Virus record (IMG/VR): IMGVR_UViG_3300017786_000003
Coordinates: 32,001 to 96,000 of that record
DNA length: 64,000 bases
DNA from: a virus
Reading direction: 5' to 3' (one strand)
Shown here: piece by piece, positions 9,339-17,411 of the stretch
How the letters are laid out: every line of letters starts with the position of its first letter
Position numbering within the stretch: position 1 is the stretch's first letter
Translations under genes and position numbers: made by a program
Notes under the pieces: generated by a model
Told to the model about the DNA's origin: nothing
Databases searched by the model: none
The model's input: the letters and a program-made list of their open reading frames with translations, nothing else

Positions 9339-10478
9339 ATGTTATATAAATTAGAAATTCCAGACATAAAAGAGGGGCATACTCAAATAGAAGCAGAGGG
9401 GGTTAGTATTAACCGTCTAGGTTACCATGTAGGAGCCATTCAGGGTTGGGAAGTACAAGATAAAGATTTAACTCATTTAGGTCTTAAGTTAGATAAAGTA
9501 GATTTACAAGATAAATCAATATATAGATTTCCTAAGTTAAATTTGCCAAGAGCAAAGTTTGATTTACTAAAAGAAAAGTTCAGTTGTAAATTAATTAGAA
9601 ACAAAGATAATGCAGATGCGGCTATAGTCTCTTCTAAGTATATTAATAAACTAGTCAGTACAAATTGGTATATGTCAGTAGATTCTTCACAGTTATTTAA
9701 ATTCTTGACTCAACTTAAACAAGCTGATTTACTAGCTCAGTGTGCTGTAGATAAGTTTAATAACTTCTTTCAGGATCCAGAACAGTTTATACCTGGTTGT
9801 AGGATACAAGTAACATCATCATATAGTTATGGTCAAACTGCACCACAAAATAAATCGGTTACTCAAATTTTTAAAGATTGGAAAGAAGAGTGTGAAAAGG
9901 CAAGAGTAAAGAATAATATAAGAGATGTATATATTGAGGATACAGAAGATTTAAATAATTGGTTATATATGATTGATCCGTCTAACACGGTATATTTAGA
10001 TAGTCATGTTATGGAGAAGACAAATGAAGGTTTGGCTATTCTTCCAGATGAGGAATTCAAAAATATAAAAGATATGATAACCAGTGATGATAGATCTACT
10101 AGAACACTCTGTATAGAAATGTTAGCTAATTGTAATCTAAGTGAATCTATGAATGTTATAGCACCTCTTTACTGGTGGTATTATGAGTATTTCAAAGATA
10201 CTAATAATTGGAACTCAGTTAATGTAAAAGCTTTTCGTGAGGCTCTAAAACCATTACAAGGTGGTCATTCTTTTCAAAATATCTGGTCATATAATCAATT
10301 AATAAAAATTATGTCAGATAGAGGACAACTTACTGACTTCATATATAAACATACACGCAACTTATTGTATACTCAATTATTAGGGACACATATAGGACCT
10401 TCATCTGAGATGTGGACTATAGAGGAGAATGCAATTAGTTTAAGACCTGGGTTATTTAAAATAAATGAAGATGAATAA
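9339..10478 (+). CDS. Hypothetical protein with BRCT-like segment (paralogue of previous gene)
   Basis: Segment KSIYRFPKLNLPRAKFDLLKEKFSCKLIRNKDNADAAIVS. Confidence 0.65.
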   Translation: MLYKLEIPDIKEGHTQIEAEGVSINRLGYHVGAIQGWEVQDKDLTHLGLKLDKVDLQDKSIYRFPKLNLPRAKFDLLKEKFSCKLIRNKDNADAAIVSSKYINKLVSTNWYMSVDSSQLFKFLTQLKQADLLAQCAVDKFNNFFQDPEQFIPGCRIQVTSSYSYGQTAPQNKSVTQIFKDWKEECEKARVKNNIRDVYIEDTEDLNNWLYMIDPSNTVYLDSHVMEKTNEGLAILPDEEFKNIKDMITSDDRSTRTLCIEMLANCNLSESMNVIAPLYWWYYEYFKDTNNWNSVNVKAFREALKPLQGGHSFQNIWSYNQLIKIMSDRGQLTDFIYKHTRNLLYTQLLGTHIGPSSEMWTIEENAISLRPGLFKINEDE

Positions 10479-11460
10479 AGACCATAAAAAAGAGGAGGAG
10501 TTCTATGCAGATAAAGATTTCTGTTTTAGCTACTCCTCTTTAAATAAATTATTGTTTACACCTTCCTTATTCTATAAGGATTATATACTGCAAGATCGTG
10601 AGATCAGAACAGACAAGCATTTAATTGAAGGTAAAGCTTTACATTGTCTGATGTTTGAGCCAGAACAATTTACTTCCAAGTTTAATATTGTACCGGGTAA
10701 GTTACCTAGTGATAATATAAGAAAGGTATTAAAAGACATGTCTCTTTATACAGATGCTGAAACGCTAGACAGCTGTGAGGATTTTGTAATTTTAGATTCA
10801 CTTAAGAATTTAAACCTATATCAATCTCTTAAAGCTGATGACTCAAGACTATCTAAGGTAAGAACAGAAGAAGCTGAAACTTATTGGAGGTTCTTACAAA
10901 ATCCTAGTGTAGATGTGATAGATCAAGAAACAAATACAAGATTAGGAGAAAGCTTAACATATCTTAAGAATAATGAAGAAGTTATGGCTTTACTTAGTAA
11001 TGAAACTACTGACTTTGATTTAGATCCAATTGAAATACATTGTGAAAAGTATTTAAAATCAGAGTTAAAGGATTGTTCTTTTGGTCTACATGGTTATGTT
11101 GATTATCTTAAAATAGATAATGATAACAAGACTGCTATTATCTGTGATTTAAAAACAACAGGTAAGACTGTTGCAGACTTTAAAGAGACTGTAGATTTCT
11201 ATAATTATTGGTTACAAGCATCTATTTATATGAAGCTTGTATATGATTTCTTAGGAGATAAAGCAGATGAATATACCCTTGAGTTTAAGTTTATTGTAAT
11301 AGATAAATATAACCAAGTATATGTCTTTGATGTTAGTGAACAGAGTATGAATGACTGGTCAAATGGTCTTAGTGGTGTAATTAATACTGCAAAATTCCAT
11401 TATAATAGTAGAAATTACTCCCTTCCTATGGATTTCTTAGCAAATAAGATTAAATTATAG
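10465..11460 (+). CDS. PD-(D/E)XK exonuclease (RecE/ExoVIII-like)
   Basis: FSYSSL, GKALHCL, E...HGYVDYL...ICDLKTT and YWLQASIY. Confidence 0.85.
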   Translation: MKMNKDHKKEEEFYADKDFCFSYSSLNKLLFTPSLFYKDYILQDREIRTDKHLIEGKALHCLMFEPEQFTSKFNIVPGKLPSDNIRKVLKDMSLYTDAETLDSCEDFVILDSLKNLNLYQSLKADDSRLSKVRTEEAETYWRFLQNPSVDVIDQETNTRLGESLTYLKNNEEVMALLSNETTDFDLDPIEIHCEKYLKSELKDCSFGLHGYVDYLKIDNDNKTAIICDLKTTGKTVADFKETVDFYNYWLQASIYMKLVYDFLGDKADEYTLEFKFIVIDKYNQVYVFDVSEQSMNDWSNGLSGVINTAKFHYNSRNYSLPMDFLANKIKL

Positions 11461-11461
11461 T

Positions 11462-12046
11462 ATGAGTAAGGTTTATACTGATTATTTTCAAAAGAGTAAA
11501 GTCTTTTTATATCCTTTATTAGGAATAAAGAAAGGTATTGCATTTGTTCCTAGGCAAACTTATATTGCCTGGGAGCATGTGTATGCTTTTGATAATTATA
11601 AACTTTTATGTGAGTATCGTACTAAGATGAATGATACATTTACTAAGTTTTCTTATAGGTATCTAGAGAGTCATCCACTATATGAGGATCATATAGAACT
11701 AGAAGAAGGCAAACAATTATATATTTTTAATCTTGAGTCACATAAACCTGACCTAGTACGTTTTAAAAATGGATTGTATTCTCAATTTAGTCTTGATGCA
11801 AAAATAACTATATTAGATTTCTTTGGGGACCAAGGAAAGGTTTCTGATTATATACATACTTTTCTTACTCCGTCAGAGGGGTTTGATGATTATGCAAACT
11901 TCTTAAACATTGATGTTAAAACATTAGAAGAAATAGGAGAGTTATGTTCTAAACCAGATCTTGAAAAAGAAACTTTAGTTGATAATAATCAATTTTTATA
12001 TCAACTATTAAAAAATAGTTCCATATATTTGTCAAAATCAAAATAA
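11462..12046 (+). CDS. Hypothetical protein
   Basis: 194-aa ORF tightly packed in the operon. Confidence 0.7.
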   Translation: MSKVYTDYFQKSKVFLYPLLGIKKGIAFVPRQTYIAWEHVYAFDNYKLLCEYRTKMNDTFTKFSYRYLESHPLYEDHIELEEGKQLYIFNLESHKPDLVRFKNGLYSQFSLDAKITILDFFGDQGKVSDYIHTFLTPSEGFDDYANFLNIDVKTLEEIGELCSKPDLEKETLVDNNQFLYQLLKNSSIYLSKSK

Positions 12047-12052
12047 CAATTT

Positions 12053-12469
12053 ATGTCACAAATAGGACAAAATATGATGTTAGTAAATTCTAGCTTTAGA
12101 AATGCTAAATCATTCACATTAATTCCAGTGAGTAATGACTCACCATATGTAGAAGCTATGTTTGACCCAACGTCAGGCATCTTAGCTGTCATCAGTAAAG
12201 TGATGAAACAATCTTATCACATGGTACCTAAATTAGATGATGAAGGTCAACCTATGAGATTAAAGAAACCTAATATGCAGACGGGTAAAACTGTTAAAGA
12301 AGAAAGAAGATTGGTTGATACCTTTTCTGAGTTTTATCTTAGTGATAGAGAAGACATTGAAAGATTTATACATATGTTTGCAGTTAATGCAGACAACTTT
12401 AGTGTAGAAGAATTCTTTGTGGATCTTAAAAAAACTGAGCCATCAAAAATTATATTACCTGGACAGTAG
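12053..12469 (+). CDS. Hypothetical protein
   Basis: 138-aa ORF preceded by a TATATTTG box about 20 nt upstream and followed by a terminator. Confidence 0.7.
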   Translation: MSQIGQNMMLVNSSFRNAKSFTLIPVSNDSPYVEAMFDPTSGILAVISKVMKQSYHMVPKLDDEGQPMRLKKPNMQTGKTVKEERRLVDTFSEFYLSDREDIERFIHMFAVNADNFSVEEFFVDLKKTEPSKIILPGQ

Positions 12470-12503
12470 ATTTCGTGGTTGACTTGCTACTGACTTAAAA
12501 AGG

Positions 12504-12529
12504 AAAGCCTATTGACGTAGGCTTTTTTT
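12504..12529 (+). terminator. Rho-independent terminator
   Basis: AAAGCCTA-TTGACG-TAGGCTTT perfect stem running into a T tract. Confidence 0.8.
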
Positions 12530-12554
12530 GGCTCTAATAATTAAAAATGTAAAT

Positions 12555-14549
12555 ATGAAACACTGGGTAATGGACTATGAAACGTTATCTAATTGTTTTA
12601 CAGGTGTATTTGAACATTACAAAACTTCAGAAACTAAAGTCTTTGTGATACATGATCTGCAAAATGATTTAGATATTCTAATTGAGTTCTTAAAACAAAA
12701 TATAAAAAACAGAGAGTGGCATATATCCTATAATGGATTAGCTTTTGATGGACAGGTCACTCATTATATATTAGATAACTATAATAAGTGGGACTCTAAT
12801 CTTAGTGGATGTGATATAGCTTGTACTATATATAATTATGCACAAAGTTGTATTCAAAAATCTAGGAATAAAGAGTTTCAAGATTATCCGCAATGGAAAA
12901 TGCAAATAGGTCAGATAGATATATTTAAAATGCATCATTGGGATAACCCTGCTAAACGTTCTAGTTTAAAATGGATTCAGTATAGTATGGATTGGCAAAA
13001 TATTCTTGATATGCCTATACATCATGACACAGAGATAACTACTCAAGAAGAGATAGATACAATTCTTGAGTATTGTATTAATGATGTCAAGTCTACTAAA
13101 GAAATATACAATAGATCTAAATCACAGATTGGGCTTAGAAAAGAACTTACTAAAACATATGGAATAAATATGTTTAGTGCTTCTGAACCAAGAATAAGTA
13201 AAGATATATTTGGTTATTATCTAACTAAGATGCTAAACGTTAGTAAAAGGGATCTTAGAAATATGAAGACATATAGAGATAGTATTAAGATATCAGACAT
13301 TATCTTACCCTATATTAAGTTTACATCTCTTGAGATGAATACACTACTTAGTAGATTCAGATCTCTTGAAGTTGATGGTAAAAGCTTAAAAGGTAGTTTC
13401 AAGTATGGTCTAGACTATAAAGGTGTTAAAACCCACTTTGGTTTAGGCGGGGTACACGGTGCTGCTAGCAAAGGTGTTTATGAGAGTGATGAGGATATGG
13501 TTATAATGTCTTCAGATGTAACCAGTTTCTATCCTAATCTTGCTATAAAGAATAAGTTTGCCCCAGGTCATTTCCCTAAAGAAGAATTTTGTAATCAATA
13601 TGAATGGTTCTTTAATGAAAGAAAGAAGATACCTAAGAGTAATCCTATGAACTATGTCTATAAGATTATACTTAACAGTACCTTTGGCCTTAGTAATGAT
13701 GATAAGAGTTTCTTTTATGATCCTGAGTTATGTTTACGTATTACAATTAATGGTCAGTTAACGCTGATGATGTTGTATGAAATGATTATGGAAAGGATCC
13801 CCGGTGCATTTGCTTTATTGCAGAATACTGATGGTGTAGAAACTTTAATACCACGTTCTTATATAGAAGAGTACATGGCTATTTGTAAAGAGTGGGAAGA
13901 AATAACTAACTTACAACTGGAGCATGATGAATATCAAAAGCTTGTATTAGCTGATGTCAATAATTATATTGGTGTGAATAACTTTGTAGAAGTTGACATC
14001 ACTAAATGGAGAGAAGTTAAACAGAGTCAGCCTCATTATCTTTTTAAGGTAGAGAATGATAAGTTTAGCTTTGCTCCGGTTAAGTTAAAGGGACGTTTTG
14101 ATTTCCATAATTTACAGCTACATAAGAATAAATCCAAACTAGTTATACCAAAAGCTATTTATAATTACTTTGTTCATGATACTTTACCAGAACAATATCT
14201 AGATGAAAATAAAAACATCTTAGATTACTGTATTGGTGGCAAGTCTAAAGGACAATGGGAACAAGTAGCACGCTCTATTAAAGACGGATCTTTCTATGAA
14301 GAGAAGTTACAGAAAATTAATAGATACTTTATATCTAAAAATGGTGTCAAGATTATAAAAGTAAATAAAAATGATCAGAGAGAGATACAATTAGAATCAG
14401 GTAAATGGCTACAAACAGTATTTAATGATATGAAGGTTGAACCTAAATGGGATAACTACAATATTAATAAAGCTTACTATTTGCAGGCTATAGAAACTGA
14501 GATTAATAATATCTTATCTGTTTCAACTAATCAACTTAAACTATTTTAA
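12555..14549 (+). CDS. polB: Family B DNA polymerase with 3'-5' exonuclease
   Basis: ExoI VMDYE, ExoII YNGLAFD, ExoIII YCINDV, motif A SDVTSFYP, motif B KIILNSTFG and motif C NTDG. Confidence 0.92.
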   Translation: MKHWVMDYETLSNCFTGVFEHYKTSETKVFVIHDLQNDLDILIEFLKQNIKNREWHISYNGLAFDGQVTHYILDNYNKWDSNLSGCDIACTIYNYAQSCIQKSRNKEFQDYPQWKMQIGQIDIFKMHHWDNPAKRSSLKWIQYSMDWQNILDMPIHHDTEITTQEEIDTILEYCINDVKSTKEIYNRSKSQIGLRKELTKTYGINMFSASEPRISKDIFGYYLTKMLNVSKRDLRNMKTYRDSIKISDIILPYIKFTSLEMNTLLSRFRSLEVDGKSLKGSFKYGLDYKGVKTHFGLGGVHGAASKGVYESDEDMVIMSSDVTSFYPNLAIKNKFAPGHFPKEEFCNQYEWFFNERKKIPKSNPMNYVYKIILNSTFGLSNDDKSFFYDPELCLRITINGQLTLMMLYEMIMERIPGAFALLQNTDGVETLIPRSYIEEYMAICKEWEEITNLQLEHDEYQKLVLADVNNYIGVNNFVEVDITKWREVKQSQPHYLFKVENDKFSFAPVKLKGRFDFHNLQLHKNKSKLVIPKAIYNYFVHDTLPEQYLDENKNILDYCIGGKSKGQWEQVARSIKDGSFYEEKLQKINRYFISKNGVKIIKVNKNDQREIQLESGKWLQTVFNDMKVEPKWDNYNINKAYYLQAIETEINNILSVSTNQLKLF

Positions 14550-14785
14550 TGATAACTAAACAGCTACATGATGTACCTGTCGGGAGTAAAGTCAAGATAA
14601 TAAGACCCAAACATTATCTTGGCACTCCCCCAGCATCATTTAATATTAAAGAAGATGAAGTATTAACTTATACTTTTAAGGATGGCATGTATGCATGCTG
14701 TACAGATGAGGAAGGCAATAAATTACATGTTGCAGGCTGGACTGAAGTAGAAATTATTGAAGAACGTTTGGCTGACTCAGAATAA
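14549..14785 (+). CDS. Hypothetical protein
   Basis: 78-aa ORF, TAATG-coupled to the polymerase. Confidence 0.65.
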   Translation: MITKQLHDVPVGSKVKIIRPKHYLGTPPASFNIKEDEVLTYTFKDGMYACCTDEEGNKLHVAGWTEVEIIEERLADSE

Positions 14786-14816
14786 TTAATTATATTTACA
14801 CTTAAAAAGTTTAATT

Positions 14817-15692
14817 ATGGGATATATAAAACCAAAAGAAACCACAAGATGGCATTTAGAAAATGCACCTTTACCAAATCATGGTAAGAGTTATACAGTT
14901 ATATCACACAAACAGGTGATAGATAACACTATGAAACTGCTCAATGATAGCGGATTCATTATACAAAAATCATTTTATAGAGCTAGTACAAATGCTAGCG
15001 TAGCACAAGGTATATATTATATACATCCTGCTAATACTAAAAATGATTTAATATTAAATGAAGGTGAGCTAGGGATGATGTTTGCCTGGACAAATTCATA
15101 TGATAAGAGCACACGTTTTCAATGTGCTATTGGAGGATATGTAAAAGTATCCTCAAACGGTCTTATAGCTGGAGACTTATTAAATTATAAAAGAAAGCAC
15201 ACGGGATCTGCAGACATGGATGCTAAAGTACAAATTAGTAATCAAATAAAAAATGCAGAGAAGTATTATGAACGCATAATACAAGACCGTAATGTTATGA
15301 AAGATGTTAGAATTACTAGACAACAACAATCTGAATTGATTGGTAGATTGTTTATTGATGAAAAACTTCTTGACTCACAACAAATGAGTAATATTAAAGC
15401 AGAAATGCACAAACCTACATATCAATATGATACTAATCCTGAAACTGCATGGTGTTTTTATAATGTCATTTCTAATGCATTAAAGAAGGCCCATCCAAGA
15501 GAGTGGTTATGTGATCAACAAAACTTTCATGACTTTATGATTGCTCTTTGTCTTAGTAATAGTTACGTAACTATAGAAGAGGAAGTAGAAATTATAGGAG
15601 AAAATGAGTTTGATAATATAGTTGTGGGAGAAGATGTAGAAATATTTGATGATGGTACATGGATTAATCCTCAAGTATCTTTAGCATTATGA
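14817..15692 (+). CDS. DUF932/DUF945-like protein
   Basis: YTVISH, NSYDKS, NGL, KRKHTG and TAWCFYN pattern typical of that family. Confidence 0.65.
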   Translation: MGYIKPKETTRWHLENAPLPNHGKSYTVISHKQVIDNTMKLLNDSGFIIQKSFYRASTNASVAQGIYYIHPANTKNDLILNEGELGMMFAWTNSYDKSTRFQCAIGGYVKVSSNGLIAGDLLNYKRKHTGSADMDAKVQISNQIKNAEKYYERIIQDRNVMKDVRITRQQQSELIGRLFIDEKLLDSQQMSNIKAEMHKPTYQYDTNPETAWCFYNVISNALKKAHPREWLCDQQNFHDFMIALCLSNSYVTIEEEVEIIGENEFDNIVVGEDVEIFDDGTWINPQVSLAL

Positions 15693-15766
15693 CACTAAAC
15701 ATCATTTTATTGGGAATATTATGTTTATGTATTTACATATGTTTCTGTATGAATGAAACCAAATAA
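15689..15766 (+). CDS. 25-aa hydrophobic, Cys-rich micro-protein (MTLNIILLGILCLCIYICFCMNETK)
   Basis: ATGA overlap with the upstream stop and a single TM-like stretch. Not in the ORF track. Confidence 0.45.
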   Translation: MTLNIILLGILCLCIYICFCMNETK

Positions 15767-15784
15767 TTAGGAGACAACCAACTG

Positions 15785-15820
15785 GGGTCAAGTTTTTGCA
15801 TTCTTGGCCCTTCTCCTTTT
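15785..15820 (+). terminator. Stem-loop, possible terminator
   Basis: GGGTCAAG pairs with CTTGGCCC (one G-U pair), followed by TTCTCCTTTT. Confidence 0.45.
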
Positions 15821-15832
15821 AAATATAAACAA

Positions 15833-16255
15833 ATGAAAGATAAAGCAACTAAAAGAAAAGAAAGACCAGTATTTACTGGAGTATTAAAATATTTTCCGGA
15901 TGCTATTATGGAAATAGCACGTGTATCACTACAAGGGAACAAACAACACCATCCAAATAAACCTTTACATTGGGATCGTAGTAAATCAAATGATGATTTT
16001 GATGCATTAGCTAGACATTTAATTGATGCAGGAACTATAGATGATGATGGAATTCGTCACACATCAAAGGTTGCCTGGAGAGCGTTGGCTTGCTTACAAA
16101 AAGAGCTTGAGCTTGAGAAAGAGAAAGGTCTTCTAGGTGCTGTGGAACAATATAATAGAAACCGTGATGTTAAGGATCATATAACTTCTATTGAACAACT
16201 GCCATATGAAATTATAAGTGGAACAGAGTCAGCATATGTTGATGGAGGAGTATAG
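15833..16255 (+). CDS. DUF5664-like dATP/dGTP diphosphohydrolase domain protein
   Basis: FPDAIMEIARVS..G..H....W......DALARHL......DDDG..H...VAWRALA pattern. Confidence 0.7.
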   Translation: MKDKATKRKERPVFTGVLKYFPDAIMEIARVSLQGNKQHHPNKPLHWDRSKSNDDFDALARHLIDAGTIDDDGIRHTSKVAWRALACLQKELELEKEKGLLGAVEQYNRNRDVKDHITSIEQLPYEIISGTESAYVDGGV

Positions 16256-16260
16256 AAACT

Positions 16261-16467
16261 ATGACTAAGAAAGAAAAAAGAGAACTAGAAAGATATGCTA
16301 AAGCTGGCATTATTCCTTGTACAGAAGATAGCCAAGTGTATAGCTGGCAGAGAACAAACAAGAAAGCAACAGCTCGTGCTTCACACGGACCCAATGGTGC
16401 GTATGAAGTTAGAAAAATAGAAGATGTAATGGCTGAAAGGCGAAAAAAAAATAAAAAAAGAAAATGA
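16261..16467 (+). CDS. Hypothetical basic protein
   Basis: 68-aa ORF with ATGA overlap onto the next gene. Confidence 0.55.
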   Translation: MTKKEKRELERYAKAGIIPCTEDSQVYSWQRTNKKATARASHGPNGAYEVRKIEDVMAERRKKNKKRK

Positions 16468-16700
16468 AAAATAAAAGTATAATTCAGTGGTGTATATACG
16501 TAGGAGTATATTTAATGATATTATTTCATTTGTTAAGTTGTAAACCAACTGTATATAATCCAGATACGGATCCTGAAGTCTTAGACTGGTACATTGATAA
16601 TAATGATACTATTATATATACTAAACAGGATTCTATTAGAGATGAACGTGAAAGGTGGGAGTATATTAGAAGCCTTGAACATGATAGCTTGTGGGAATGA
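16464..16700 (+). CDS. Putative lipoprotein
   Basis: Basic N-terminus, hydrophobic stretch and lipobox LLSC. Confidence 0.6.
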   Translation: MKNKSIIQWCIYVGVYLMILFHLLSCKPTVYNPDTDPEVLDWYIDNNDTIIYTKQDSIRDERERWEYIRSLEHDSLWE

Positions 16701-16879
16701 GATACTTTAGTGTTTGGTACATACCGTATGATAAATTACTTAGTGATGACCCGCAGTATTACAGCAAATGGATGGCTGTAATGGCTGATAATAAAGGAGA
16801 TGCTAAACAAATGGGAAGACAAGATGGTCTTGTTACCAGAGTTGAGCTATTAAATAAGAATAACAAAAAGGTGTTTTAG
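16697..16879 (+). CDS. Hypothetical protein
   Basis: ATG 16697 overlaps the previous stop (ATGA). Last + strand gene before the strand switch. Confidence 0.55.
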   Translation: MRYFSVWYIPYDKLLSDDPQYYSKWMAVMADNKGDAKQMGRQDGLVTRVELLNKNNKKVF

Positions 16880-16959
16880 ATAAGGGAGGGTAGGCAATAC
16901 TGCCAAATAATTTTATAGGTGTAAGATACCTTAATATTAAATGTTTAGCCCTTCCTTAT
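16880..16959. terminator. Structured element at the convergence of early and late blocks
   Basis: ATAAGGGAGGG (16880-16890) pairs with CCCTTCCTTAT (16949-16959), enclosing hairpins GGCA-ATAC-TGCC and AGGT-GTAAGAT-ACCT. Confidence 0.55.
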
Positions 16960-17379
16960 TTAACTCCAGAATATACCACCTACAACATCACCTGCTCCTA
17001 CTGCACCAGTATTACCATCAGCAGATCCTGTAGTTAAATTCATACCTAATCCTAATTTAAATTGAAAACCAACTTCTAAAGATAGATCTAAATAACTATC
17101 TGCTGCTACACAGAAGGTTGCAACAGGAATATCTGAATTGACAGGGGCTGTAGCTTTATCAAATAATCTTAAAAACATATCAGAACTAGTATTATTATGA
17201 AGGTTTATAGCATATACACTACCTCCACCTTTTTTAATAAAATCCAGATTGGTTCCAGCTGATGAAAGTACTCTATGAATAGCTACTCCACCAAATCCAT
17301 ATTGATTTGGCATAGCCATAGACTTTGGGTATTGTGAGTTTAAGCTTGATGACTCTGATGTATTAAATTTTACTCCCAT
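16960..17379 (-). CDS. Hypothetical small beta-rich protein, probably virion-associated
   Basis: 139-aa ORF, last gene of the late block, downstream of the tail fibre. Confidence 0.6.
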   Translation of the reverse strand: MGVKFNTSESSSLNSQYPKSMAMPNQYGFGGVAIHRVLSSAGTNLDFIKKGGGSVYAINLHNNTSSDMFLRLFDKATAPVNSDIPVATFCVAADSYLDLSLEVGFQFKLGLGMNLTTGSADGNTGAVGAGDVVGGIFWS

Positions 17380-17411
17380 TTTATTTTATTTTAATTGTTT
17401 ATTATATTATA

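Noticed and set aside
12528-12554. TTG start for the polymerase given in the ORF track
   Set aside because: Lies in the terminator T-tract. ATG 12555 has the A-rich context and precedes the ExoI motif.
15833-16255. Z-DNA (2-aminoadenine) genome
   Set aside because: No purZ or datZ-like gene in the window, and a DUF5664-like gene alone is insufficient.
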